Shown: positions 8,550-16,526 of the stretch, piece by piece | How positions within the stretch are numbered: the stretch's first letter is position 1 | How the letters are laid out: every line of letters starts with the position of its first letter | Assembly (NCBI GenBank): GCA_025450725.1 | Contig: JANWLQ010000087.1 | Span: 14-24,013, forward strand | From: Terriglobales bacterium | Lineage (GTDB): Bacteria; Acidobacteriota; Terriglobia; Terriglobales; SCQP01 | Direction: 5' to 3' | Length of the DNA: 24,000 nt | Made by a program: the position numbers and the translations under genes | The notes under the pieces: model-generated | Told to the model about the DNA's origin: nothing | The model's database searches: none | Seen by the model: only the letters and a program-made list of their open reading frames with translations

Positions 8550-8601
8550 CAAACCTAGGAAGTTGCAGAACTGCGACACGGCATATCCATCAGGCATATC
8601 C

Positions 8602-10347
8602 ATGGGCACACAAACCTTCGCTCCCGAAACTTTCGCACCCGCCAAGCGTGGTGACTTCACCGTACTTCAACCGGAAACCACCCACTCGGGCTCGCGCATC
8701 GAGGCCATACATAAAGGACTGCCGAAGATCACGCAGTCGCTCTGCCCCGATTGCACGCGCGTAATTGAAGCGCGCGAGTTCGAGGAGAACGGGGCCGTCT
8801 TCATGGAGAAGACCTGCCCGACGCACGGCTACTTCCGCGACAAGATCTATGCCGACGTGAAGCTCTATTTAAAGATGGAGCAGTGGTACTTCGGGGACAA
8901 CCGCGGGTTGTCGAACCCCGCGATTCCGAGCGCGACGCGCTGCCCCGACCAGTGTGGACTGTGCTCGATGCACACCAGCCACACCGGCCTGGCCAACGTG
9001 GACTTGACCAACCGCTGCAATCTGACCTGCCCGGTCTGCTTCGCCAACGCCAACGCGGCCGGCTACCTGTACGAGCCGAGCTTCGACCAGGTGCGCAAGA
9101 TGCTACAGGCGCTGCGCAACGAGCGCCCGGTGGCGGGACGCGTGGTGCAGTTCTCCGGCGGCGAGCCGACCATCTACCCGCGCTTCCATGACGCGGTGGC
9201 GCTGGCCAAGGAAATGGGTTTCAGCCACATCCAGGTCGCGACCAATGGCGTGATGTGGAACGACCTCGAGTTCTGCGAGAAGGCCCGCGACGCGGGTCTG
9301 CACACGCTGTACCTGCAGTTCGACGGCGTCTGCGACGACATCTACAAGCGCACCCGCGGCGAGTCGCTGTTCGACAAGAAGCTGAAGGCGATCGAGAACG
9401 TGCGCAAGGCCGGGATCATGAAGATCGTCTTCGTGCCCACCATCGTCAAGGGCCTCAACGATCACCAGATCGGCGACATCATCAAGCTGGCGCTCGATAA
9501 CATTGACGTGGTCAGCGGCATCAGCTTCCAGCCGGTGACGTTCACCGGACGCATTTCCCGCAAGGAGCTGGAGGCCAAGCGCTTCACGCTGGCCGACGTG
9601 GCGCACGCGGTTCACGAGCAGACGGGCCTGGCCGATCCGTACAACGATTGGTTCCCGCTCGCTTGCGTGACGCCCTTCTCGAAGCTGATCAGCGCGCTGC
9701 GCGGCGAAGAGACGACCTCGCTGAGCTGCCATCCGCACTGCTCGATGGGCACCTACATGTTCGTGGATCAGAAGACCAAGCAGGCGATTCCGGTGACCCG
9801 CTTCGTGGACGTCGGCAACATGCTGCAGGACATTGACAACCTGGCGCGGAGCGCGGAGAAGGCGCGGTTCAAGTTCTTCAGCAAGGTGAAGACCTGGAAC
9901 TCGCTGCAGAAGCATTTCCACGCCGAGCGCGCGCCCGAGGGCTTGACGTTCACGCGCTTCCTGCAGACACTGCAGGGCATGACCGACAAGAGCTACGGCC
10001 GCGGGTCGGACGCCGAGAGCGGCTTCGTTTACAAGACCCTGATGGTCGCGGGGATGCACTTCATGGATAGCTACAACTACGACGTGGAGCGGGTGAAGCG
10101 CTGCATTATTCACTACGCGGCGCCGAACGGGTTGATCTATCCGTTCTGCACCTACAACTCGGGCCCGGTGTACCGCGAGAAGATCGAGAAGAAGTACTCG
10201 ATGCCGTTCGACAAGCAGTTGACGACGATGCAGATTCCGAATGGCGGGCAGACGACGCAGGTCGCCGGCGATGCCGCGAAGAACGCACCGGCGGGGCTGC
10301 CTATTCTTAATGCCGCCCCCCAGAAGACGGGCTGCTGCTCTAACTAA
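8602..10347 (+). CDS. multi-cluster radical SAM enzyme, tetraether lipid synthase (Tes/GDGT-MAS)-like
   Basis: CPDC...CPTH zinc-ribbon/rubredoxin-like motif (from 8743). CPDQCGLC (8941-8964). Canonical radical SAM CNLTCPVC (9016-9039). FSGGEPT. Downstream Cys pairs (CHPHC, CIIHY...FC). ATG 8602 is preferred because the track's 8521 TTG start lies on the predicted promoter. Confidence 0.85.
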   Translation: MGTQTFAPETFAPAKRGDFTVLQPETTHSGSRIEAIHKGLPKITQSLCPDCTRVIEAREFEENGAVFMEKTCPTHGYFRDKIYADVKLYLKMEQWYFGDNRGLSNPAIPSATRCPDQCGLCSMHTSHTGLANVDLTNRCNLTCPVCFANANAAGYLYEPSFDQVRKMLQALRNERPVAGRVVQFSGGEPTIYPRFHDAVALAKEMGFSHIQVATNGVMWNDLEFCEKARDAGLHTLYLQFDGVCDDIYKRTRGESLFDKKLKAIENVRKAGIMKIVFVPTIVKGLNDHQIGDIIKLALDNIDVVSGISFQPVTFTGRISRKELEAKRFTLADVAHAVHEQTGLADPYNDWFPLACVTPFSKLISALRGEETTSLSCHPHCSMGTYMFVDQKTKQAIPVTRFVDVGNMLQDIDNLARSAEKARFKFFSKVKTWNSLQKHFHAERAPEGLTFTRFLQTLQGMTDKSYGRGSDAESGFVYKTLMVAGMHFMDSYNYDVERVKRCIIHYAAPNGLIYPFCTYNSGPVYREKIEKKYSMPFDKQLTTMQIPNGGQTTQVAGDAAKNAPAGLPILNAAPQKTGCCSN

Positions 10348-12680
10348 CGCTGGTACTTTAGCTTTGGAACGGCGTGCGGCGCGATGTGGCCGTGCGCCGT
10401 TTCTTTTTGCTCGAAGGCGTAGGCCATTCCCACCAGTTCGGCATCGCTCCAAGCCCGGCCCATGAGTTGAATGTCCACCGGATTGCCGCGGGCGTCGGCG
10501 CCGGCGGGAAAGGCAATGGTGGGCACGCCGTTGGCTGCGCTGGGCGTGTCGCGACGGCCGAAACTGGCGCGGTCGCCGCCGCCGTCGTTCACGCTGATCT
10601 CGCTGAGCAGTCCCGGGTAGACGATGGCGTCGACCCCGGCGGCATCCATCCATGCCTTGACCGCCGCTTGCCGCTGCCGCCGGAAGGCGCGTTTGGCTTC
10701 GATCTCGGCGGGGGTCATGCGCGGCGCGGGCGGTTGTTGGCAGGCGCTGGCCGGCTCGCGGACGTAGGCGATTTTCTTTTGGGAACAGGCCACGTCAACG
10801 GCGGTGTGTATGGCAAAGCCTTGGAGCGCTAGCTCCGGGTGCTGGTCAATGTACTGCATCCAGCCCTCGGAGACAACGTCGCCGGATGAGGTATCGCGGG
10901 TCCGCGGCAGCGCGGCCGCGGACATGTCCACAATAGTGGCGCCAGCGGCAGTCAGGTATTGGAGCGCCGCTTTTTCGGTGGCGAGCACACCGCCAGGCTC
11001 GTCGCTGGTGCCAAACGGATCAACCCAGGCGGCGGTTATGTAGCCAATGCGTTTTCCGTTGAGCGCATTGGGAGAAAGAACGGTGCGCCAGTCCTTGGGA
11101 ATATGCGCGTCGGCGTCGGCGGTCGCCGGGTCGGCGGGGTCGGTTCCGGCGACGGCGGTGAGCATCGCGGCCAGGTCGGGCACGGAGCGCGCCAGCACGC
11201 CGCCGCAATCGGTCATCCACACCAGCGGCATGATGCCCGCGCCGCTTTCGAGACCGTCGGTGCCGCGCAACGTGACCAGGCTGGCGGCGCTGGCCGGGCC
11301 ATAGAGCGAGTCGCCGGTCTGGGTGCCGAGGGCGGCAGCGGCGAAGCTCGCGGCAACGGCCACCGCGGAACCGCCACTCGACCCCAGGGCCGAGCGCGAA
11401 GGGTCATAGGCGTTCCAGACCTGGCCCCAGGCGTCGTTGGAGTAGAACCCGCTGGTCGCATACTCTTCCATCGCAGCTTTGCCCAGGATGACCGCTCCGG
11501 CGGCGCGCAAACGCGCGACCTGGGTGGCGTCGCGGGTTGGACGAAAGCCGGCGAAGGTCAAGCTGCCGTTGGTGGTGGCCATGTCGCGCGTGTCGTAGAG
11601 GTTCTTGACCGCGATGGGGACGCCAAGCAGCGCGGCATGGCTGCCCGCCTTGCGCGCGGCATCGGCGGCGCGGGCCTGCGCCAGCGCGTCGGCGGCGACA
11701 ATCTCGAAGGAGTGCAATCCAAACTGGCCGCGGTCATAGGCGGCGATGCGATCGAGGTAGGCTTGCACGATGGCGACCGACGTGGTCTTGCCGGATTCCA
11801 TGTCGCGCTGCAGCTCGGCGATTGACTTCTCGACCACGTCGTAACGCGAGCTCGTAGTCGCGGGCGGGACCGGCGGGGGCGGCGGCCGCGGCACGAGCAC
11901 GGCCGAATGATCGGGGCAAGGCAGTTGAAAATTGGCGATGGAACATTGCTCAGCCACGCTCAACCCGGCCACGTCGGGAGCGGCTTGCAATCTCCGGCCG
12001 GTCTCGGCCACCTCCGCCGGCTCGGCCACGATTACGAAGTGGAGCAGCGAGCGACTTTGACCGGGCGGCACGACGAGGTGATTGACGAAGGCGGGAAAAT
12101 CGCTTTCGTAGCCGCTGGTCGCGAGCGGCGTGTGAAAGGGATCGTCAAGCCAGTCGCCGCGAAAATCGAAGCTGCCGGCGATTGTCGCCTGCTGGTCTGG
12201 CATGGCGGCTGCGCCCGGTCTGCCGGCCGGACTACTGGTTTGACCGCCAAAGGCGGCGGCAAGGTTGATGGGCGCGCGGGTGGTGTTGGTAAACGTGTCG
12301 AGCCAGCGCCCGTAATTCGATTCGCGGCGAATCACGATTGAGCGGGTAATCGCGACGCCGCCGAGCATTACGGCAGCCGTGCTGGCGAAGCTATCGGTGC
12401 CATCGAAGCGAAGGCCGAAGCCGCGCATAACCAAGCCGTTATGAGGGTCGGCATTCTTCGTCACACTCACGCGTAATCCGGCGTAACCGTTGAGCCCTGT
12501 AGTGTAGGCGCCCTTCTGGCCCGCATCGCTTTGGGTGGCGCGAATGCTGCCGGTATCAACACCTGGCGGCGATGCATCCTGAATGCCCCAGTAACCCGCC
12601 TTGGCGTGGACGTAGTTGAACCCGGCCAGCATTAGCGCCGCAATCACGCCGACGCCGAGTATAGGGCGGCGCAGGCTCAC
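10344..12680 (-). CDS. secreted amidase-signature (AS) family amidase with an uncharacterised about 250-aa N-terminal domain and a Pro-rich linker
   Basis: Sec-type signal peptide MSLRRPILGVGVIAALMLAGFNYVHA|KA. Linker PRPPPPPVPP. AS core with PIAVKNLYD and GSSGGSAVAVA (about 11367-11384). GTG start overlaps the upstream permease stop (GTGA, 12677-12680). Confidence 0.85.
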   Translation of the reverse strand: MSLRRPILGVGVIAALMLAGFNYVHAKAGYWGIQDASPPGVDTGSIRATQSDAGQKGAYTTGLNGYAGLRVSVTKNADPHNGLVMRGFGLRFDGTDSFASTAAVMLGGVAITRSIVIRRESNYGRWLDTFTNTTRAPINLAAAFGGQTSSPAGRPGAAAMPDQQATIAGSFDFRGDWLDDPFHTPLATSGYESDFPAFVNHLVVPPGQSRSLLHFVIVAEPAEVAETGRRLQAAPDVAGLSVAEQCSIANFQLPCPDHSAVLVPRPPPPPVPPATTSSRYDVVEKSIAELQRDMESGKTTSVAIVQAYLDRIAAYDRGQFGLHSFEIVAADALAQARAADAARKAGSHAALLGVPIAVKNLYDTRDMATTNGSLTFAGFRPTRDATQVARLRAAGAVILGKAAMEEYATSGFYSNDAWGQVWNAYDPSRSALGSSGGSAVAVAASFAAAALGTQTGDSLYGPASAASLVTLRGTDGLESGAGIMPLVWMTDCGGVLARSVPDLAAMLTAVAGTDPADPATADADAHIPKDWRTVLSPNALNGKRIGYITAAWVDPFGTSDEPGGVLATEKAALQYLTAAGATIVDMSAAALPRTRDTSSGDVVSEGWMQYIDQHPELALQGFAIHTAVDVACSQKKIAYVREPASACQQPPAPRMTPAEIEAKRAFRRQRQAAVKAWMDAAGVDAIVYPGLLSEISVNDGGGDRASFGRRDTPSAANGVPTIAFPAGADARGNPVDIQLMGRAWSDAELVGMAYAFEQKETAHGHIAPHAVPKLKYQR

Positions 12681-15088
12681 TCGGCGCGTAACGCGACGCG
12701 GGGGTCGGCGTGGGTGGCGCGCTGGGCCGGGGCGAGGGCGGCGAGCAGCGCGACGAACAGGACGGTCGCGGCCACGACGGCGAGGACGCCGAAATTCACG
12801 GGCTGCACTTCAAAGAGCATGCTGGCCAGTAGACTACCACCGGCGGCGGCGGCGGCCAAGCCGATTGCCAATCCGATGAACACTGGCTTGAGACCCTGGC
12901 GCAAGATTAACCCGCGCAACTGGCCGGGCTCGGCGCCGAGGGCAAGGCGAATGCCGAGCTCGGGCAGGCGCTGCGTGACCGCCTGCGCAACCAGCGCATA
13001 GAGACCGAGCGCGGCGAGAATAAGCGCCAGCACGCCGAAGCAGATCAGCAGCGTCAATTGGAACCAGCGCGGGGCGACGAGTGCGGCTTGGAGATTCGAC
13101 AGGGGCAGGACCGCGCTCAGGGGCGCGATTGGCTCGATGCGATGAATGACGCCGGCGAGCGCGCGGCTTAAATCATCCGGCGTGCGGTTGGATCGCACCA
13201 CGAGCGTAAAGCGGGTCATGGGATACGAGCCGGCGGTTTCATAGATCACCGGCGGCGGTTGCCGATCGAGCGCGGTGCGCGCGTCGGCCGCAACGCCGAC
13301 TACGGTCACCGTTCCTGAATTCACTTTGAGCGGGTGGCCAACGACTTGCATAGGTTCGTGCTCCAACTCCGGCCACAATGTGCGCAGCGCGGTTTCTGAG
13401 ACCACGATGTTACGATCGGGCGGATCGCTCCAACTTAGATCACGCCCAGCGAGCAGGGGCATTCTCATGGTGTCGAAATATCCGGGAGCGACAAAGCGCA
13501 CATTCACCTCGGGCTGTTGATTGTTCGCATAAGCCTTGCCGGGAACACTGGCGCCATCGACCCACGTCTCGCCCTGCAAGGGCAAGTGGGTGGTGAGGGT
13601 GGCGGCGCTTACGCCGGGCAGGGTGGCGGCGGTGGTCGCGACTTGTTGCAAGTGTTGGAGGCGCAATTGCGGTGTGGCGGCGCCCAGGTGCAGCACGGTG
13701 CTAGCGGTGCGCTCGGAGCTGAAACCGACCGGCACTTGCAGCAAGCGATACAGGCTCATGCCGAGCAGGCCGACGGTGGCGAGGAGCACGGCGCACAACC
13801 CGACCTCAACGGCGATCACAGCGCTGCGCGCGCGGAGAGAAGCGCGATCGCTGGCGCGGCTCGCCTTCAAGTGCGCCTGGGGATCGCTGCGCCAGAGCCA
13901 CAGGGCCGGAACCAGGCCACAGCCAAGGCCGGCGAGGACGGCGATGGCCAGTGAAAACGAGAAAACCATCACGTCGAGATGTATATCGTTGACGCGGGGC
14001 AAGTCGGCGGGCGCAGCCGCCAAGAGGCCGCGCAAACCGGCGGCCGCGGCGAGCAGGCCAAGGCCGCCGCCGACCAGCCCGAGCAGCAGGTTCTCCATGA
14101 GCAAGGTGCCGGCCAGGCGTTGGCGGCTGGCGCCCAGGGCGAGGCGAATCGCCCATTCGCGGCGGCGATCGGCGGCTTTGGTCACGCTCAATCCGCCCAG
14201 ATTCACGCAGACAATTAACAGCAACGCGCCGACGCCGGCGAGCAGCATCCAGAGGCCGCGCTCGGCCGGGGCGACGATTTCGTTGGGCAGCTGATCCACG
14301 ATGGCGGTGAGGTGGGCGGTGCTATGAGCGCTTCGCGCCAGATTGGCTTCGATGACATTCATCTCCGCCTTGGCGGAGGCGATCGAGACACCGGGGGCGA
14401 GGCGCGCGATCACCATATAGTTAAAATCGGAAAACGGATCGCTAATTCGTTCATCGGCGCCAAACCCGAGCGGGTAAAAGAATTGAGGCGAGCGGGTCGG
14501 GTACATCGGGCCAAGCTCGGGTCCTTCCAAGTGAAAGTCGGGCGGCAGTACGCCGACGACGGTGCCGTGCACTCCAACAGCGCCGATCGACTGCCCTATG
14601 ACAGCAGGGTTCGCGCCGAACGCCTTGCGCCAGAGGGCATCGGTGATGATGACGGGGGGAAGGGTGGATTTTTCCTCGCCTGCGACAAAGGTCCGTCCCA
14701 GTTGGGGGCGGGTTTCGAGAATCGAAAAAAGGTTGGGCGTCACATGAGCGCCATCGATCAATTGGGGCTGGCCCGCAGTGACCAGGGTCATGCTCGACGG
14801 CTGGCTGGCGGCGATGCCGGTGAAGGAGTGCAACTGCTGCCAGGCAATGAACTCGGCCGGATTAACGAACCAGCGGAAGAGGGGATCGCTGGGCGGATGG
14901 TCGGGCAGGTCCTGCCCCAATCGGACCAAACCGCCAGGATCGCGGAGCGCCAGGGGCTGCAAGAGTACGCCATTCACGGCGGCGAAAATGACGGTGGTCG
15001 CGCCCACGCCCAAGGCCAGGGTGAAGACCGCGGCCAGGGTATAGCGGCGTTGGCGCAGCAGGTTGCGGGTGAGTTGCCAGAAGCCCAT
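12677..15088 (-). CDS. ADOP-family duplicated FtsX/MacB-type ABC permease (no ATPase gene adjacent)
   Basis: 803 aa. Two FtsX modules, each preceded by a large extracytoplasmic domain. Motifs REWAIRLALGA and LPELGIRLALGA. C-terminal DPRVALRAE. Confidence 0.9.
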   Translation of the reverse strand: MGFWQLTRNLLRQRRYTLAAVFTLALGVGATTVIFAAVNGVLLQPLALRDPGGLVRLGQDLPDHPPSDPLFRWFVNPAEFIAWQQLHSFTGIAASQPSSMTLVTAGQPQLIDGAHVTPNLFSILETRPQLGRTFVAGEEKSTLPPVIITDALWRKAFGANPAVIGQSIGAVGVHGTVVGVLPPDFHLEGPELGPMYPTRSPQFFYPLGFGADERISDPFSDFNYMVIARLAPGVSIASAKAEMNVIEANLARSAHSTAHLTAIVDQLPNEIVAPAERGLWMLLAGVGALLLIVCVNLGGLSVTKAADRRREWAIRLALGASRQRLAGTLLMENLLLGLVGGGLGLLAAAAGLRGLLAAAPADLPRVNDIHLDVMVFSFSLAIAVLAGLGCGLVPALWLWRSDPQAHLKASRASDRASLRARSAVIAVEVGLCAVLLATVGLLGMSLYRLLQVPVGFSSERTASTVLHLGAATPQLRLQHLQQVATTAATLPGVSAATLTTHLPLQGETWVDGASVPGKAYANNQQPEVNVRFVAPGYFDTMRMPLLAGRDLSWSDPPDRNIVVSETALRTLWPELEHEPMQVVGHPLKVNSGTVTVVGVAADARTALDRQPPPVIYETAGSYPMTRFTLVVRSNRTPDDLSRALAGVIHRIEPIAPLSAVLPLSNLQAALVAPRWFQLTLLICFGVLALILAALGLYALVAQAVTQRLPELGIRLALGAEPGQLRGLILRQGLKPVFIGLAIGLAAAAAGGSLLASMLFEVQPVNFGVLAVVAATVLFVALLAALAPAQRATHADPRVALRAE

Positions 15089-15161
15089 AGCGATTTATAC
15101 TCCGCAATGGAGAAAAGGTTGCAAAAACAGTGCTCGCCGGGTGTGCGGGGCGTGCTAGTTT

Positions 15162-15183
15162 GGATATGGTCATGAATATTTCC
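15162..15183. promoter_or_regulatory. AT-rich imperfect 22-bp palindrome upstream of the NRAMP gene (candidate metalloregulator operator)
   Basis: GGATATGGTCATGAATATTTCC is self-complementary at 16 of 22 positions and centred on TCATGA. It lies in the 117-bp divergent intergenic region, 23 bp before GTG 15206. Confidence 0.3.
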
Positions 15184-15205
15184 AGGGAACCTGGCGGGGC
15201 TTTTT

Positions 15206-16513
15206 GTGTCCATTTCCCGCCCCCAATCCGCGACGTCGACGACGCCTGTCAAAGGGTCCGCTAAGCCCCGGGGCCGGCGCGGCCCTGCGTCCATCTGGAA
15301 GTACCGCCTGCTGCCTTTTTTGCTGGTTTTGGGGCCGGGCTTTATCACCGCCAATGTAGATAATGACCCGGGCGGAATTCTGACCTACTCCCAGGCGGGG
15401 GCCAAGTTTGGTTATCTGCTGCTGTGGACGCTGATCCCGACCACGATCGCGCTGATTGTGGTGCAGGAGATGGCGGCGCGGATGGGCGCGGTGACGGGCA
15501 AAGGCCTGTCGGACTTGATTCGGGAGGAGTTTGGTTTCCGGGCGACTTTTTTCGCGATGACCGTGCTCGGCATCGCCGACTACGGCAACATCGTGAGCGA
15601 GTTCAGCGGTTTGGCGCTCGGGATGGGACTGTTCAATATCTCCAAGTACATCGCCGTGCCGGTCGGCGCACTGCTCATATGGCTGCTGGTAGTGAGGGGA
15701 CGGTATCGGAAGGTCGAGCTGATTTTGATCGGGCTGTCGCTGATTTATTTTACATATGCCTTTTCGGCGGTGCTGGCCCATCCCGACTGGATGCTGGCGC
15801 TGAAGGAGACGCTGGTGCCGACCGGGGTCGAGTTTCACGGCGACTACCTGGTGATGGTGATCGGGCTGATCGGCACCACCATCACGCCGTGGATGCAGTT
15901 CTATTTGCAGGCCTCGATTGTGGAAAAAGGCATTGGCAAGAAGGAATACGCACTGAGCCGGTGGGACGTAATTCTGGGGTGCATCATCACCGACGTAGTG
16001 GCGTTCTTCATCGTTGTCGCCTGCAGCGCAACCCTTTACATGCACGGCCACCGCGACGTGACCAACGTGGCCGAAGTGGCGCAGGCACTGGGACCGCTGG
16101 CGGGACGATTCGCGGAACTGCTCTTCGCCATTGGGTTGATCAATGCCGCGCTGCTGTCGGCGGCAATCTTGCCGCTGGCGACGGCGTACAACGTTTGCGA
16201 AGGCCTGGGGTTTGAAAGCGGCGTGGACAAGCGCTTCTCGGAGGCGCCGGCATTCTACGCGCTCTACACGTTTCTGATCGCGGCCGGCGCCGGATTCGTG
16301 CTGATCCCGCGGCTGCCGCTGTTGAAGGTGATCATTTACTCGCAGGTGGCGAACGGCATTCTGCTGCCGTTCGTGCTGGTGTTTATGCTGCTGCTGGTGA
16401 ACCGGGAAGATGTGATGGGCGAGTACCGCAATTCGCTGCTCGGGAACATCATCGCCTGGGGCACGAGCGTGGCCATCGTGGCGCTGACCGTGCTCTGGAT
16501 TTTCACGCTGTAG
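15206..16513 (+). CDS. NRAMP/SLC11-family cation transporter with a non-canonical metal-site (NRMT-like)
   Basis: 435 aa, about 11 TM segments. GPGFITANVDNDPGGILTYSQAGAKFGYLLLW aligns with NRAMP TM1 and GLIGTTITPWMQFYLQ with TM6. GTG start. Confidence 0.88.
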   Translation: MSISRPQSATSTTPVKGSAKPRGRRGPASIWKYRLLPFLLVLGPGFITANVDNDPGGILTYSQAGAKFGYLLLWTLIPTTIALIVVQEMAARMGAVTGKGLSDLIREEFGFRATFFAMTVLGIADYGNIVSEFSGLALGMGLFNISKYIAVPVGALLIWLLVVRGRYRKVELILIGLSLIYFTYAFSAVLAHPDWMLALKETLVPTGVEFHGDYLVMVIGLIGTTITPWMQFYLQASIVEKGIGKKEYALSRWDVILGCIITDVVAFFIVVACSATLYMHGHRDVTNVAEVAQALGPLAGRFAELLFAIGLINAALLSAAILPLATAYNVCEGLGFESGVDKRFSEAPAFYALYTFLIAAGAGFVLIPRLPLLKVIIYSQVANGILLPFVLVFMLLLVNREDVMGEYRNSLLGNIIAWGTSVAIVALTVLWIFTL

Positions 16514-16526
16514 CTTCGGCATTCCT

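Noticed and set aside
8521-8601. The track's longer TTG start for the radical SAM ORF, and likewise GTG 4785 for murC
   Set aside because: The extension (MPARVRTTSIKPRKLQNCDTAYPSGIS) has no homology-like features and sits on the promoter-like TTGCCA-17-TAGCAT element. For murC, ATG 4821 has an AGAGG just upstream and leaves the conserved N-terminus intact. Both remain unproven without N-terminal alignments.
10344-12680. Annotating the amidase as GatA (Glu-tRNA(Gln) amidotransferase subunit A)
   Set aside because: It has a signal peptide, a large extra N-terminal domain and a Pro-rich linker. No gatB or gatC is nearby. It is a generic secreted AS-family amidase.
15172-15264. 30-codon upstream ORF (MNISREPGG...) overlapping the NRAMP start in another frame
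   Set aside because: No ribosome-binding site and no recognisable peptide features. Its ATG lies inside the palindromic operator candidate. It is most likely fortuitous.
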